A stretch of 64,000 nucleotides of DNA from an uncultured Desulfarculus sp. (GCA_963665125.2 CAXXUK010000001.1:2304001-2368000); one strand, 5' to 3'; positions 10,900 to 22,624 are shown, counted from the stretch's first letter. Numbers and translations: made by a program. The notes: a model not told the origin generated them from the letters alone.

Positions 10900-12067
10900 A
10901 TTCGGCGTCGGCCGCCAGGGCCAGTTCGCTGAGTTTTAGGCGTACCGCCGCCGGGGCCAGGCCGGTCTGGCGGCAAATGCGGGCCACGTCATCGGCCTCG
11001 GGATGGTAGCGCCATCCTGCATCGGCCTTGGCGACCTTGATCCTGGCCGGGCCCCACGGGCTCTGTATCTCCATGCCGCGGCGCTCCAAAACCATGCGCC
11101 GACAGCCGCGCAGGCGCAGGCCAATGCTGGAGGTTTGTTCCAGGGTCATCGCGGCCAGAGCATCGGCCATGGCCGGTGGAGCCATGACTATCAGTTGCAT
11201 GCCGGGACGGCCCTTTTTCATGACCAGGGGCGCGGCGGCCACATCCAGGGCTCCGGCGGCCATCAGCCTTTCGACGATGATGGGCAGATCTTCGGGCGTT
11301 TGGTCGTCAATGTGACAAACGATCTCCACCACCTCGTCCTCGGGGTATGCGGCCTTTTCACTTCCCGCGAAAAGCCGCAGGATATTGGGGGCATAGTCGC
11401 CCTGGCGGGTGCCGCAACCAATGCCGCTTCTCTCGAAGGTCATTTGGGGCATGGGTCCGAACCTGTCGGCCAAGGCGCTTAATAAGGCCGCGCCGGTGGG
11501 GGTTACGGTCTCCTCCAGGCCGGGCCAGGCGGTCACTTCCACGCCCTCCAGCAAGGCCACCACGGCCGGGGCCGGCAGGGGCAACCTGCCGTGGGCGCAG
11601 TCCACGAATCCGCGACCCAGGGGCAATGGCGAACAGACCACCCTGGGCCAGCCCAGCCAGGCCAATCCGGCGCAGAAGGCCGTGACGTCGATTATGGCGT
11701 CCACCGCGCCCACTTCATGGAAATGCACATGTTCCGGATTGATGCCGTGGACCTTGCCTTCGGCCTCGGCCAGCCGCCGGAACACCCTGGCCGCGGCATC
11801 GCCGATATCGCCTGGCAGCTTTTCCAGGTGTTCCAGTACATGACGCAGGTGGCGGTGAGGCTGGGGGCCGCTGTCATCAACGGCCAGGCGTTTGGCGGCG
11901 ATGTGACTGCGCTCTTCCAGAGCCACGTCAAGGCCTACGTCGGACAGCCCCATGGCCTGGGACAATTGGCGAAGTTCATCAATGGGCCAGCCCATGTCCA
12001 GCAGGGCTCCGGCCAGCATATCACCGGATGCCCCGGCGTAAGCGTCCACATACAGCACTTTGCCCAC
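10898..12067 (-). CDS. larC: Nickel-pincer cofactor biosynthesis protein LarC (Ni insertase)
   Basis: AGASGDMLAGALLD, HFHEVGAVDAIID, CAHGRLPLPAPA, TPTGAA, MKKGRPG motifs. Confidence 0.92.
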   Translation of the reverse strand: MGKVLYVDAYAGASGDMLAGALLDMGWPIDELRQLSQAMGLSDVGLDVALEERSHIAAKRLAVDDSGPQPHRHLRHVLEHLEKLPGDIGDAAARVFRRLAEAEGKVHGINPEHVHFHEVGAVDAIIDVTAFCAGLAWLGWPRVVCSPLPLGRGFVDCAHGRLPLPAPAVVALLEGVEVTAWPGLEETVTPTGAALLSALADRFGPMPQMTFERSGIGCGTRQGDYAPNILRLFAGSEKAAYPEDEVVEIVCHIDDQTPEDLPIIVERLMAAGALDVAAAPLVMKKGRPGMQLIVMAPPAMADALAAMTLEQTSSIGLRLRGCRRMVLERRGMEIQSPWGPARIKVAKADAGWRYHPEADDVARICRQTGLAPAAVRLKLSELALAADAE

Positions 12068-12070
12068 GGT

Positions 12071-14518
12071 TCAGTTTTCCTTTGCTGGGGTTGATTTTTT
12101 AGGCGCCCGGACCTGCCGCTTTTTGCGGGGTTTGCCAACCAAAGCCGCTTCCAGGATCTGGTCCATGTGATCCATCTTGTGGATCTTGAGCTTGCGGGCG
12201 ACCTTGGCCGGCACCTCTGAAAGCTCCTTGAGGTTTTTGGCCGGCACCAATACGTTGGCTATGCCCAGCCTGGCCGCGGCCATGGTCTTTTCCTTGAGAC
12301 CGCCGATGGGCAGCACCTTGCCGGTGAGGGTGATCTCGCCGGTCATGGCCACGTCATCGCGCACGGCCACACCGGTCAATGCGCTGACTATGGCCGTGCA
12401 AATGGTCACGCCCGCGCTTGGCCCGTCCTTGGGGATGGCCCCGCTGGGCACGTGCAGGTGAATATCCAGGTGCTCGTAAAAGTCTTTTTTCAGGCCAAAG
12501 GCGTTGGCCCGGCTGCGCACGTAGCTCAGCGCCGCCTGGGCCGATTCGTTCATCACCTCGCCCAGGGAACCCGTACAGGTCAGGTTGCCCTTGCCGTCCA
12601 GGACCGAGACCTCGATGCGCAGCACCTCGCCGCCGGCGGATGTCCAGGCCAGGCCCGTGGCCACGCCCACTTCGCCCTCGCCCCGGTCGTCCTCGGGCAG
12701 GAACTTGCGCACGCCGAGATAACTCTGCACGCCGCCCTGGTTGACTCTGAAGGGCCCCTTTTCGCCCTCGGCCACTCGGCGGGCTATCTTGCGCAGAATG
12801 GAGCCCAGTTCCCGCTCCACATTGCGCAGGCCGGCCTCACGGGTGTAGTTGCGGATCACCTCCATGATCGCGCCGTCGCTGATATGGGCCTTGATCTTGC
12901 CCAGGCCGTTTTGTTTGACCTGCCTGGGGATCAGATATTCCCTGGCTATGTTCACCTTGTCTTCGTCGGTGTAGCCCGGCAGTTCGATGACCTCCATGCG
13001 GTCCAACAACGGCTCGGGGATGGTGTCCTCCATGTTGGCCGTGGTGATGAACATCACCTTGGACAAATCGAAGGGCAAATTCAAATAATGGTCGCTAAAG
13101 GCGTTGTTCTGTTCCGGGTCCAGGACCTCCAGCAGGGCCGAAGTCGGGTCGCCCCGGAAGTCGGAGCCAACCTTGTCTACCTCGTCGATCATGAACACCG
13201 GGTTGTTGCTGCCGGCCGTCTTGAGGCCCTGGATGATCCGGCCCGGCAGAGCCCCGATATAGGTGCGGCGGTGGCCCCTGATCTCGGCCTCGTCGCGCAC
13301 TCCGCCCAGGCTCATGCGCACGAACTGGCGGCCCATGGCCCTGGCGATGCTGCGGCCCAGGGACGTCTTGCCAACGCCCGGCGGACCGATGAAGCAGAGG
13401 ATCGGGCCCTTGCTCTTGGGGTTGAGCTTGCGCACCGAAAGCTGCTCCAGGATGCGGTCCTTGACCTTTTCCAGGTCGTAGTGATCTTCGTCCAGGACTT
13501 TTTTGGCCTTTTTGATGTCCAGCCGGTCCCTGGTGGACTTCGTCCAGGGCAGATCCACCACCCAGTCCAGAAAAGTGCGTATCACCGTGGCCTCGGCCGA
13601 CTCGGGCTGCATCATCTCCAGGCGGCTGAGCTGTTTGAGCGACTCCTGGTGCACCTCCTCGGGCAGGCGCATTTCCATAATCTGCTGGCGCAACTCGAAA
13701 AGCTCGGCGGCCCGGTCTTCCCCGTCGCCCAGTTCCCGGCGGATGGCCCGGATCTGTTCGCGCAAATAGTATTCGCGCTGGGTCTTGCTGATCTCCTCCT
13801 GGGCCTCGGACTGGATCTGGGCCTGGATGGTGGAAACCTCCAGTTCCTTGCCCAGATGTCCGTGGACCAGTTGCAGCCGTTTCATGGTGTCGAGTTCTTC
13901 CAGTATCTCCTGGGCGTTGTCAATGCGCAGCCGCAGGTTGGAGGCCACCATGTCGGCCAACCGCCCCGGTGTTTCCACGGAGTTGAGGATGGCCACCACG
14001 TCCGAAGACAACAGCCCCCTGAGCGAAAGAATCTTTTCGCTTGATTCGCGCACATTGCGCATCAGGGCCTCTTCGGCGGGCGTGGGATCTTCGGGGAGTT
14101 CGTCATCGGCGTCGGCCAGGGCCTCGATGCCCACCTCGGCATAAGGCGCGTGGCGCAGCCACTGGCTGATCTTGGCCCGGGCCAGGCCCTGCACCAGGAC
14201 CTTGAGCCTGCCGTCGGGCATCTTCAACTGGCGCATGATCATGCCGACCGTGCCGACCTCGTAGACATCTTCAACCGAGGGGTGTTCGACGTCCTGGTCC
14301 AGCTGGGCGGCCAGCAAAATCAGCTGGTCCCTGGCCATGGCCGCTTCAACGGCGGCCACCGAGGCATCCCTGGCCACGAACAGCGGCAAAATCATATATG
14401 GAAAAACAACAACATCGCGCACCGGCAACAGCGGCAGGTTCTCCGGCAGTTCCTCGTCTTCGATGATTTCGTCGGGCTCCAGGGGCGCGTGGTCGAAAAG
14501 GTCGTCGTGATTATCCAT
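12071..14518 (-). CDS. lon: ATP-dependent Lon protease
   Basis: [14 protein letters not shown]-domain, Walker A GPPGVGKT, catalytic [16 protein letters not shown] favours start 14518/14521 over 14590. Confidence 0.97.
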   Translation of the reverse strand: MDNHDDLFDHAPLEPDEIIEDEELPENLPLLPVRDVVVFPYMILPLFVARDASVAAVEAAMARDQLILLAAQLDQDVEHPSVEDVYEVGTVGMIMRQLKMPDGRLKVLVQGLARAKISQWLRHAPYAEVGIEALADADDELPEDPTPAEEALMRNVRESSEKILSLRGLLSSDVVAILNSVETPGRLADMVASNLRLRIDNAQEILEELDTMKRLQLVHGHLGKELEVSTIQAQIQSEAQEEISKTQREYYLREQIRAIRRELGDGEDRAAELFELRQQIMEMRLPEEVHQESLKQLSRLEMMQPESAEATVIRTFLDWVVDLPWTKSTRDRLDIKKAKKVLDEDHYDLEKVKDRILEQLSVRKLNPKSKGPILCFIGPPGVGKTSLGRSIARAMGRQFVRMSLGGVRDEAEIRGHRRTYIGALPGRIIQGLKTAGSNNPVFMIDEVDKVGSDFRGDPTSALLEVLDPEQNNAFSDHYLNLPFDLSKVMFITTANMEDTIPEPLLDRMEVIELPGYTDEDKVNIAREYLIPRQVKQNGLGKIKAHISDGAIMEVIRNYTREAGLRNVERELGSILRKIARRVAEGEKGPFRVNQGGVQSYLGVRKFLPEDDRGEGEVGVATGLAWTSAGGEVLRIEVSVLDGKGNLTCTGSLGEVMNESAQAALSYVRSRANAFGLKKDFYEHLDIHLHVPSGAIPKDGPSAGVTICTAIVSALTGVAVRDDVAMTGEITLTGKVLPIGGLKEKTMAAARLGIANVLVPAKNLKELSEVPAKVARKLKIHKMDHMDQILEAALVGKPRKKRQVRAPKKSTPAKEN

Positions 14519-14775
14519 CATGGGCCTCCATGGCAGCGGGCCGAATCTTGCTAAGGGTATGTTGGAAAAGTCCGTCCTGGCCTTTTCCAACGGTTGCGCG
14601 GCGAAATCGTTGTGTTGCCGCGCAACACAATTTGCCTGTTTTTTAAAAACCGCGCAAATTGGCGAACCTTCCCTGGCCCGCCTATCAGCCTGTTTTTCAA
14701 CAACCTGATTTATAGATACATAACGGGATGGCTTATCCTATCAAAGTGCCTTTACAAGTCAACCCGTTCAAGTCG

Positions 14776-15582
14776 TTAGTGGGCTCCCGGTGGCGGCGGC
14801 GGAGCCGCCTTTTTCAACTCCAGGACATCGCCGGGCTCGTCCTGGGACGCCACATGCAGCCTGGTCCGGCACCCCGAGGCCTCCACAACGGTCATCGCCT
14901 CGCGCCGTGCCAGTTCGGCGAAATTGTTGGTCTCCGACAAATGGGCCAGCACCACCTCCTGCAAGCCCGGATGAATCACCTCGGCCAACAGGTCGGCGCT
15001 TTGCCGGTTGGACAGATGACCGTGCTTGGAACTCACGCGCTGTTTGAGCCACACGGGGTATGGCCCCTCGGCCAGCATGCCGCTATCGTGGTTGGCCTCC
15101 AGCACCAGGCCGGTGCAGCCGCTGAGCCGCTCCCGCACCAGGGGCGTGGGCCCGCCCAAGTCGGTGCAGATGCCCAGTGAGGCGCCGCCACAACTGACCA
15201 CAAGGCCCATGGGATCCTTGGCGTCGTGAGGTATGTTGAAAGTCCGCAGATGCAGGCCGCATAATTCCACCGACGCGCCGGAAGGCAGTGCCTCCACCTC
15301 CACGCCGTGCTTGTCCTGGAGGGCCTCCCAAGTGGCCGGAGCGGTCATCACCGGTACCCGCAGGCGTTTGGAAAGCACCCGCATGCCCCGGCAATGATCC
15401 TGATGTTCGTGGGTGATGACGATGCCCTGGATCTCCCCGGGATCAAGGCCGCGGTCTTCCATGCGCAGCACGAGTTGCTTGGCCGAGAGTCCCGCGTCCA
15501 CCAGCAGCGCACCGCCGGGGCCCTCGATATAGATGGCGTTGCCTTTGGAGCCGCTGGCCAGTACGCAAAACTTCAGCGACAT
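14776..15582 (-). CDS. MBL-fold metallo-hydrolase (YycJ/WalJ-like)
   Basis: LASGSKGN, THEHQDH, EANHD, GHLSN, LAHLSETNN motifs. Confidence 0.88.
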   Translation of the reverse strand: MSLKFCVLASGSKGNAIYIEGPGGALLVDAGLSAKQLVLRMEDRGLDPGEIQGIVITHEHQDHCRGMRVLSKRLRVPVMTAPATWEALQDKHGVEVEALPSGASVELCGLHLRTFNIPHDAKDPMGLVVSCGGASLGICTDLGGPTPLVRERLSGCTGLVLEANHDSGMLAEGPYPVWLKQRVSSKHGHLSNRQSADLLAEVIHPGLQEVVLAHLSETNNFAELARREAMTVVEASGCRTRLHVASQDEPGDVLELKKAAPPPPPGAH

Positions 15583-16031
15583 TATTTGCCCGTGTGGCCG
15601 AAGCCGCCTTCGCCCCTGGCCGTCTCGGAGAGGGTGTCCACCTCCACGGGCTGGGCCTGGGTCAATGCCGCGATGATCAATTGGGCCACCCGGTCTCCCC
15701 GGTTGATTGTCACGGCCTCCTGCCCCAGGTTGATCAGGCCGACCTTGACCTCACCCCGGTAGTCTGCGTCGATGGTTCCCGGCGCGTTGACCACGGTCAG
15801 GCCGTGTTTGATGGCCAAGCCCGAGCGGGGCCTCACCTGGCCCTCATGACCCGGCGGAATGGCCATGGCCAGGCCGGTGGGTACCATGACGATCTGGCCG
15901 GGATTGACCACCAAGGGCGTCTCCACGGCGGCGGGCAGATCCATGCCGGCCGAAAACTCGGTCTGGTATGTCGGCAGGTCCATGCCCCGGCCATGGGGCA
16001 GGCGCATGATCTTCAACTCGACTTGGCTCAC
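15582..16031 (-). CDS. dut: dUTP diphosphatase
   Basis: [32 protein letters not shown] motifs. Confidence 0.97.
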   Translation of the reverse strand: MSQVELKIMRLPHGRGMDLPTYQTEFSAGMDLPAAVETPLVVNPGQIVMVPTGLAMAIPPGHEGQVRPRSGLAIKHGLTVVNAPGTIDADYRGEVKVGLINLGQEAVTINRGDRVAQLIIAALTQAQPVEVDTLSETARGEGGFGHTGK

Positions 16032-17281
16032 AACCCGGCCTCCGCCGCCAGCTTATCCTCGTCGGCCGCACCCAAAACGGTCACCGACATCTTGTCACGC
16101 CGCAGCGTTTCCCCGGCCAACCGGGTCACATCTTCGACTTCCACGGCCATGATCTTTTCAATGACCTCTTCCACCGGCACGTAGCGGCCGAAATGGAACT
16201 CGTTGCGGGCCAGGCGGCTCATGCGGCTTTCGGAGCTTTCCATGGCCAGCAGGATGGAGCCTTTGATGTTGTCCTTGGCATGAGACAGTTCGTTGTGCTT
16301 GAGGTCGCCGCTGCCCAGGCGCTCCATCTCGTCGAAGACGACCTTCGTGGCTTCGCCGAGCTTGTCCGGAGACACGCCCATGCCCACGCCCATCAGGCCC
16401 AGGTCGGAATACGAGTTGAGGTACGAATAGATGGAATAGGCCAGGCCGCGTTTTTCGCGCACCTCCTGGAACAGCCGCGAACTCATGCTGCCGCCCAGGA
16501 TGATGTTCAACAGCGACGCGGCGAAACGGTCGTCGTCGGTCACCGACGGGGCCGAGGAGCCCATCACCACCTGCACCTGCTCCAACTCGCGGTTGATCAC
16601 GTGCAGGCCGCTGTGGAACTCGGCCGTGGTGCGGCTGTTGGGTTTGACGCGTTTGGGCAACGCGCCCAGCGCATCGCCCAACAGGGCCACCAACTGGTCG
16701 TGATCCACGGCGCCAACCGCCGAAACGACTAGATTCTCCGGCACATAACGGGAGTGCATATAGTCGATCATGGCCTGGCGGTCCATACCCGCCACGTTGG
16801 GGACAGTCCCCAGTATGGGCCTGCCCAGGGGATGGCCGGGCCAGAGGTTTTCGGCGAACAGCACATGCACCAAGTCGTCGGGCGTGTCATCCACAAAGCT
16901 GATTTCCTGGATTATCACGTGGCGTTCCCGCTCCAGTTCCACGGGGTCGTAGGCCGGATGGAGCATGATGTCGCAGAGGATGTCGGTGATTTCCGGCAGA
17001 TGCTCGGTCAGTGCCCGGGCATGAAAACAGGTGTTTTCCTTGCCGGTGAAGGCGTTGGCGTGCCCGCCCAGGCGGTCCAATTCCCTGGCAATGGCCAGGG
17101 CGTCGCGCCGGGCGGTGCCCTTGAAGGCCATATGCTCTATAAAATGACTGACGCCGCCCAATTCGCCGGGCTCGTCACGTGAGCCCACATCCACCCACAG
17201 GCCCACAGCAACGCTGTAGGCCTGGGGTAGAGTTTCGCTTATCAGGCGGACGCCGTTTTCAAGCGTGGTTTTTTGGGCCAC
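16028..17281 (-). CDS. M16 (pitrilysin) family zinc peptidase
   Basis: Inverted zinc motif [26 protein letters not shown]; usual position after pnp. Confidence 0.92.
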   Translation of the reverse strand: MAQKTTLENGVRLISETLPQAYSVAVGLWVDVGSRDEPGELGGVSHFIEHMAFKGTARRDALAIARELDRLGGHANAFTGKENTCFHARALTEHLPEITDILCDIMLHPAYDPVELERERHVIIQEISFVDDTPDDLVHVLFAENLWPGHPLGRPILGTVPNVAGMDRQAMIDYMHSRYVPENLVVSAVGAVDHDQLVALLGDALGALPKRVKPNSRTTAEFHSGLHVINRELEQVQVVMGSSAPSVTDDDRFAASLLNIILGGSMSSRLFQEVREKRGLAYSIYSYLNSYSDLGLMGVGMGVSPDKLGEATKVVFDEMERLGSGDLKHNELSHAKDNIKGSILLAMESSESRMSRLARNEFHFGRYVPVEEVIEKIMAVEVEDVTRLAGETLRRDKMSVTVLGAADEDKLAAEAGL

Positions 17282-17286
17282 GTCGT

Positions 17287-19584
17287 CTAGTCTCGCCGTC
17301 CACTGCGATCGCCGCCGCGCCCACGGTCGCCACTCCGGCCGCCACGGCCACGGTCGCCACTCCGGCCGCCGCGGTCGTCCCGGCCGCCGCGGTCGTTGTA
17401 CCGGCCACCCCGGCTGCCGCGATCGTCCCGGCCGCCGCCATGGTCTTCGCGGTCGCCCCTGGGGCGATAGCCTTCGTTGGACTCGACGCCGCCCTCGGGA
17501 ACGGGCAGCAGGGCCTTGCGGCTCAGGCGGATCTTGCCCCGGTCGTCGATGCCCAGCACCTTGACCTTGACCATGTCGCCTTCATGCAGCACGTCGGTGA
17601 CGCTGCGGACCCTGGTATGATCCAATTCGCTGATGTGCACCAGGCCGTCGCGGCCGGGCATGATCTCCACGAAAGCGCCGAAGTCCATGATCCGGACAAC
17701 CTTGCCTTCGTAGACCGCGCCCTCTTCGACTTCCTGGATCTGCTCCTTGATCATGTCGATGGCCTTCTTGCCGGCCTCGCCGTCCACGGCCGCAACCCGG
17801 ATGGTGCCGTCGTCATCGATATCGATGCGCACGCCGGTTTCCATCTGGATGCCGCGGACAACCTTGCCGCCTGGGCCGATGACGTCCTTGATGCGCTCCA
17901 CCGGAACCTTGATGGTGGTGATGCGCGGAGCCAGATCGCTGATCTCGCCCTTGGGCGCGCTGATGGCCTTGGCCATTTCGCCCAGAATGTGCAGGCGGCC
18001 GTCCTTGGCTTGGGCCAGGGCCTGGCTCATGATCTCCTTGGAGATGCCGCTGATCTTGATGTCCATCTGCACGGCGCTGATGCCGTCGGCGCTGCCGGCC
18101 ACCTTGAAGTCCATGTCGCCCAGGTGGTCTTCGTCACCCATGATGTCGGTGAGCACGACCATGCGGTCGCCTTCCTTGATCAGACCCATGGCCACACCGG
18201 CCACCGCGCCGCTGGTGGGCACGCCGGCATCCATCATGGCCATGGAACCGCCGCAGACCGAAGCCATGGACGACGATCCGTTGCTCTCGGTGATCTCCGA
18301 GACCACGCGGATGGCGTAGGGGAAGCCCTCCTGCTCGGGGATGACCTTTTCCAGGGCCCGGCGGGCCAGGGCTCCGTGGCCCAGTTCCCGGCGGTTGGGA
18401 CCGCCCAGGCGCTTGGCCTCGCCAACGCTGTAGGGCGGGAAGTTGTAGTGCAGCATGAAGTGACGGAAGATGTCGCCTTCGGTCACCGTCTCGATGCGCT
18501 GTTCATCGCCGGAGGTGCCCAGGGTCGTCACAACTATGGCCTGGGTCTCGCCGCGGGTGAACAGGGCCGAGCCGTGGGTCCGGGGCAGGACGCCGGTCTC
18601 GCAGGAAATGGGCCGCACCTCGGTGACGGAGCGTCCGTCGATGCGCAGGCCCTGATCGAGGATCTGGCTGCGCATGCCCTCGGCGATGAGGTGTTCCACC
18701 ACCTCCTTGACCTGGCCCTCTTTGCCTTCGGCTTCCTCGCCCATCTGCTCGACGACCTGCTTTTTCAGGGCGCGCTTTTTGGCGTAGCGCTCCAGCTTGG
18801 GAGCGGTGCCCAGCACGTCGGCCAGACCGTCGGCGGCAACGGCGGCCACCTTGGCCACCAGCGCCTCGTCCTCATCAGCCGGGGCGGCGAACTCGCGGTC
18901 GGGAATACCCACCGCCTTGGCCAGTTCCTCCTGGATGTCCAGCAGGGGTTGCAGACCCTCGTGGCCGAACCAGATGGCCTCCAGCACCTCTTCCTCGCTG
19001 AGCATCTTCGAACCGCCCTCGACCATGCACACCGCGTCGCGGCTGCCGGCGACCATGATCTCCAGGTCGGATTTGGCCATAAGATCAGCCGTGGGGTTGA
19101 TCATCAGCTGGCCGTCGATGCGGCCTACGCGCACACCGGCGATGGGGCCGTCGAACGGGATGTCGCTGACCATCAACGCGGCCGAAGCGCCGGTCATGGC
19201 CATGACGTCGGGTTCGTTGACCTTGTCCACGCTCATCACCGTGGCGATGATCTGGGTCTCGAAGGTCCAGCCTTTTTTCATGCGGGGCCGAACGGGCCTG
19301 TCGATCAGGCGGCTGGTCAGGGTTTCCTTTTCGCTGGGCCTGCCGATTTCCCGGCGGAAGAAGTTCCCCGGAATACGGCCGGCCGCGTACGACATTTCCT
19401 GATAGTCCACGGTCAGGGGCAGAAAATCGATGCCATCGCGGACAGTATTGTCGCCAACGGCCGTAACCAGCACTACGGTGTCACCATAGGTGACCCAGGC
19501 TGCACCGGAAGCTTGCTTGGCAATCTTGCCGGTCTCGATGGCGAACTCGCGGCCGCCTATGATCGTCGATACCTTTTTATACAT
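17287..19584 (-). CDS. pnp: Polyribonucleotide nucleotidyltransferase (PNPase)
   Basis: RNase PH cores (DFLPLTVDYQE, RRELGHG, DHLGDMDFKVAG), KH and S1 domains. Confidence 0.98.
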   Translation of the reverse strand: MYKKVSTIIGGREFAIETGKIAKQASGAAWVTYGDTVVLVTAVGDNTVRDGIDFLPLTVDYQEMSYAAGRIPGNFFRREIGRPSEKETLTSRLIDRPVRPRMKKGWTFETQIIATVMSVDKVNEPDVMAMTGASAALMVSDIPFDGPIAGVRVGRIDGQLMINPTADLMAKSDLEIMVAGSRDAVCMVEGGSKMLSEEEVLEAIWFGHEGLQPLLDIQEELAKAVGIPDREFAAPADEDEALVAKVAAVAADGLADVLGTAPKLERYAKKRALKKQVVEQMGEEAEGKEGQVKEVVEHLIAEGMRSQILDQGLRIDGRSVTEVRPISCETGVLPRTHGSALFTRGETQAIVVTTLGTSGDEQRIETVTEGDIFRHFMLHYNFPPYSVGEAKRLGGPNRRELGHGALARRALEKVIPEQEGFPYAIRVVSEITESNGSSSMASVCGGSMAMMDAGVPTSGAVAGVAMGLIKEGDRMVVLTDIMGDEDHLGDMDFKVAGSADGISAVQMDIKISGISKEIMSQALAQAKDGRLHILGEMAKAISAPKGEISDLAPRITTIKVPVERIKDVIGPGGKVVRGIQMETGVRIDIDDDGTIRVAAVDGEAGKKAIDMIKEQIQEVEEGAVYEGKVVRIMDFGAFVEIMPGRDGLVHISELDHTRVRSVTDVLHEGDMVKVKVLGIDDRGKIRLSRKALLPVPEGGVESNEGYRPRGDREDHGGGRDDRGSRGGRYNDRGGRDDRGGRSGDRGRGGRSGDRGRGGDRSGRRD
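17321..17437. repeat. Imperfect tandem repeats encoding the Gly/Arg/Asp-rich PNPase tail
   Basis: ccacggtcgccactccggccgcc occurs twice in tandem, followed by repeated cg(g/a)tcgtcccggccgcc units. Confidence 0.7.
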
Positions 19585-19623
19585 CTCTTCTCTCAGTGCC
19601 GGGCCCCCCTTGGGGCCCAGCCA

Positions 19624-19893
19624 TTACTTGCGGATACCCAGTGCCTTGATGACAGTGCGGTACCGCTCAACGTCGTTGCGCTTGAGGTAATTGAGCAGGC
19701 GGCGGCGCTGGCCGACCAGCTTCAAGAGGCCGCGTCGGCTGTGATGGTCTTTTTTGTGAGTCTTGAAATGCTCGGTCAAGTACTTGATCCGTTCAGTCAA
19801 GATGGCAATCTGTACTTCCGGCGAACCGGTGTCGTTGTCACCGCGTGCGAACTGTTCGATAAGCGCACGCTTTCCTTCTGCAGTCAGAACCAC
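19624..19893 (-). CDS. rpsO: 30S ribosomal protein S15
   Basis: [38 protein letters not shown] start at 19893 after GGAGG gives 89 aa. Confidence 0.98.
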   Translation of the reverse strand: MVLTAEGKRALIEQFARGDNDTGSPEVQIAILTERIKYLTEHFKTHKKDHHSRRGLLKLVGQRRRLLNYLKRNDVERYRTVIKALGIRK

Positions 19894-19972
19894 TTCAATT
19901 CCTCCAATTCTTGGGCTTGGCACCCCTCGTCTGCGGCCCAGTAGCCAAAGGAGACCTCCTCCCGGACCGGGC

Positions 19973-20983
19973 TTACTCGGCGCCTTGCGCCGACGCAGAT
20001 GTTAGAGCATTCGGGGAATCCATATCCCCGGGGAAAACCCTAATTACTTCATAGTCTCTGTCTCGCCTGGGCTCGTCGGGTTCCAGCCACCTGAGCACGG
20101 CGATCAGAGTTCCATTATGTTCCAGGACCCTGAAAGGCCCTTGTGCCTTGTCCAGGGCCAGGCCCTGGGGTAATAACGTTTCGCTCGGCAGGCCCTGCCC
20201 CTGGCGCAGGCGCCATGCCCCGTCGTCGTCGACCGTGACTGCGGGCAGTCCGCAGCGGCCCAGGGCCTCGGACATGCTTATCAGCCGCCTGGCCAATTCT
20301 TCCGGCGTCAGTTCCAGGGCCTGTTCCAGGCCGATGGCCTCATCCTGGCCGAACGGCAGGCTGGCCGTGCGCCGCAGGCTTTGCAGATGCCCCACGCTGC
20401 CCAGATCCTTGGCCAGGTCTTCGCCCAGGGTGCGGATGTAGGCCCCCCGGGAGCAGTGCATCTCAAAGTCGATCTCGCCGGGCCGCAGGTCCAGCAGCGC
20501 GGCGTCGTAAATTGTAATGGGCCTGGGCGGCTTTTCCACAATTTTCCCATCACGGGCATAGGAATAAAGCGGCCGACCTTCATGCTTTGCCGCCGAATAG
20601 GCCGGCGGGCTCTGCATGCGCGGCCCGATCATCACCGCCAGGGCCTGTTCCACCGTGGCCCGGTCCAGCTCCGGCACCGGCGCGGTCCCTGTCTCGCTGC
20701 CGGCCAGGTCGCCGGTGTCGGTGCACCGGCCCAACACCAGGCCGGCCCGGTATTTCTTGCCTCCGGCCCCCAGCAGATCGCTGAGCTTGGTGGCCTGGTT
20801 GAAGGCAACCACCAACACGCCGGTGGCGAATGGGTCCAGGGTGCCGCTGTGGCCGATCTTGGCCGGGCCGAAACGCCCCCTCAGCTTTGCCACCACGTCA
20901 TGCGAGGTGGGGCCTTCGGGTTTGTCGACCACCAGGACCCCGGACTCGAAAAACCTCGTGCGCCATTTACGGCGGCGGCCCAT
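19973..20983 (-). CDS. truB: tRNA pseudouridine(55) synthase TruB
   Basis: [45 protein letters not shown]. Confidence 0.96.
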   Translation of the reverse strand: MGRRRKWRTRFFESGVLVVDKPEGPTSHDVVAKLRGRFGPAKIGHSGTLDPFATGVLVVAFNQATKLSDLLGAGGKKYRAGLVLGRCTDTGDLAGSETGTAPVPELDRATVEQALAVMIGPRMQSPPAYSAAKHEGRPLYSYARDGKIVEKPPRPITIYDAALLDLRPGEIDFEMHCSRGAYIRTLGEDLAKDLGSVGHLQSLRRTASLPFGQDEAIGLEQALELTPEELARRLISMSEALGRCGLPAVTVDDDGAWRLRQGQGLPSETLLPQGLALDKAQGPFRVLEHNGTLIAVLRWLEPDEPRRDRDYEVIRVFPGDMDSPNALTSASAQGAE

Positions 20984-21942
20984 CAGAGGCCCTCCACCAG
21001 GGGCAGCAAAAGGCCCTGAATCTTGGCGGCCACATCGTCCAGTGAGCCTTCGACCCGCGCCCCGGCGGCGTTGTGATGCCCGCCGCCGCCCAGCCCTCGG
21101 GCCACGGCGGCCACATCAACCAGGCCCCTGGAACGCATGCTGAGCTTGACCAGGCCGTCTTCGGTCTGGCGCAACAAAACCGCCACCTGCACGCCGGGTA
21201 TGCCCCGGATGGCCTCCACGGCCTGTTCAAGGTCCTGGGCCTGGGCCCGCACCTTGTCCAGGTCGGCCAGGCTGACCTTGGCCACGGCCAGACGCCCCCG
21301 GGCGTACGTCTCGACGCCGTCCATGACTCGGCCCAACAGCTTGAGGCGAACTGGTCTGGTGGCGTACACCTCCTGGCTGATGGCCCAGGGCTCGGCCCCG
21401 GCCGCAACCAGCTTTGACGCCGCCAGTAAAGCCTGGGGCGTGGTGTTGGAATAGCGGAACGAGCCCGTGTCGGTCTGGATGCCCACAAACAGGCAGGCCG
21501 CGGCTTCCGGGCCTATGGCCCAGTCCATATCTTCGGCCAGGTCCACCAGCATCTGGCAGACAGCGGCGTATGTCGTATCGATCCAGGCCGCGCCGGCGTC
21601 CGGGGCCTCGCCCCGATGGTGGTCTATGGCCACCCAGTCTCCGGCGCTGGCGATAACATCAGAGCCCAGAGGCCCCACCCGCTGGGCGTCGTGGCAGTCC
21701 ACCAGCACGGCCAAGTCGTATTCTTCGCTCACCTGGCCGGTCAGGCCGTCCACGCCCGGCAAAAAAGCGTATTCCTCGGGCAAGGGCCCGGCGCTGTAGA
21801 CCGTGACGTTCTTGCCCGCGCCTTTGAGCATATGCATCAGGCCCAGGGTCGCCCCCAGGGCGTCGCCGTCCGGGTCCCGGTGGGACGCTATAATTACGCT
21901 GCCGGCTCTTTGAAGCAGCCCGGCCACGGCGCTAGCTGTCAT
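20983..21942 (-). CDS. nrnA: DHH/DHHA1 phosphoesterase (NrnA, nanoRNase/pAp phosphatase)
   Basis: HRDPDGDALG, IDHH, TDTGSFRYSNT, GGGGHHNAAG; start taken at the ATG overlapping the rbfA stop. Confidence 0.9.
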   Translation of the reverse strand: MTASAVAGLLQRAGSVIIASHRDPDGDALGATLGLMHMLKGAGKNVTVYSAGPLPEEYAFLPGVDGLTGQVSEEYDLAVLVDCHDAQRVGPLGSDVIASAGDWVAIDHHRGEAPDAGAAWIDTTYAAVCQMLVDLAEDMDWAIGPEAAACLFVGIQTDTGSFRYSNTTPQALLAASKLVAAGAEPWAISQEVYATRPVRLKLLGRVMDGVETYARGRLAVAKVSLADLDKVRAQAQDLEQAVEAIRGIPGVQVAVLLRQTEDGLVKLSMRSRGLVDVAAVARGLGGGGHHNAAGARVEGSLDDVAAKIQGLLLPLVEGL

Positions 21943-22324
21943 CGGGTTCCCCATCGGCGTCGTCGTCGCCTGAAACCATCTGGTCATGCTCACGGGCCTG
22001 CTTGATCAGCGCGTCCATGCTCATGCCCCTGGTTATGGAACCGTCCCACACCGGAACAAGCTTGGGCAAAACCTTCATATGCAGCCTGGCCGCCAGTTCC
22101 TTGCGCAGAAACGCGGAAGCGGCGATCAGCCCGGCTTCGGCCTGTTCACGGCGCTGGTCGTCCATCACCGTATAAAACACCTTGGCCTGGCGCAGGTCCG
22201 GGCTGACATCCACGGCGGTCAGCGAGACGCCCTCCACCCTGGGGTCCTTGACTTTGCGGATGAGCAACTGGGCCAATTCCGCCTGGATCAGGTGTCCCAC
22301 TCGTCTTGTGCGGCGGGTGCCCAT
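21932..22324 (-). CDS. rbfA: Ribosome-binding factor A
   Basis: RRVGHLIQAELAQL, VKDPRV, VSPDLRQAKVFY; infB-rbfA-truB synteny. Confidence 0.95.
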   Translation of the reverse strand: MGTRRTRRVGHLIQAELAQLLIRKVKDPRVEGVSLTAVDVSPDLRQAKVFYTVMDDQRREQAEAGLIAASAFLRKELAARLHMKVLPKLVPVWDGSITRGMSMDALIKQAREHDQMVSGDDDADGEPDDS

Positions 22325-22620
22325 GTCATCTCTCCCAGGTTTATTATCTCCACCCGCACATCGCTTAGTTGGGCCAGGCCCAGATAATCGACGAAGTGCC
22401 GGATTTTTTCCATCTGCTCTTCCACAAAGGCCGGTTCATTACCGCACACGGCAAAACCCAGCTCAATGCGCTGCCACAGGTCCTGGCCACCCACTTCCGA
22501 CGCGGCCACGTTGAATTTGGCCCTCACGCGGTCCAAAATGGAGCGGACCACCTTGCGCTTTTCCTTTAAGCTGCCCGCGCCCATCAGGTGCAGGGTCAGC
22601 TTGAGCGCGCCAACGTACAT
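22288..22620 (-). CDS. DUF503 (YlxP-like) protein
   Basis: SLKEKRKVVRSILDRVRAKFNVAASEV..QDLWQR motif; between infB and rbfA. Confidence 0.88.
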   Translation of the reverse strand: MYVGALKLTLHLMGAGSLKEKRKVVRSILDRVRAKFNVAASEVGGQDLWQRIELGFAVCGNEPAFVEEQMEKIRHFVDYLGLAQLSDVRVEIINLGEMTWAPAAQDEWDT

Positions 22621-22624
22621 CACC

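Noticed and set aside
17179..19944. 921-aa plus-strand ORF (also 4179-5846, 12452-14044, 23009-24706, 38467-40089 and minus-strand 41681-43078)
   Set aside because: All lie antisense to well-supported conserved genes and have no recognisable domains
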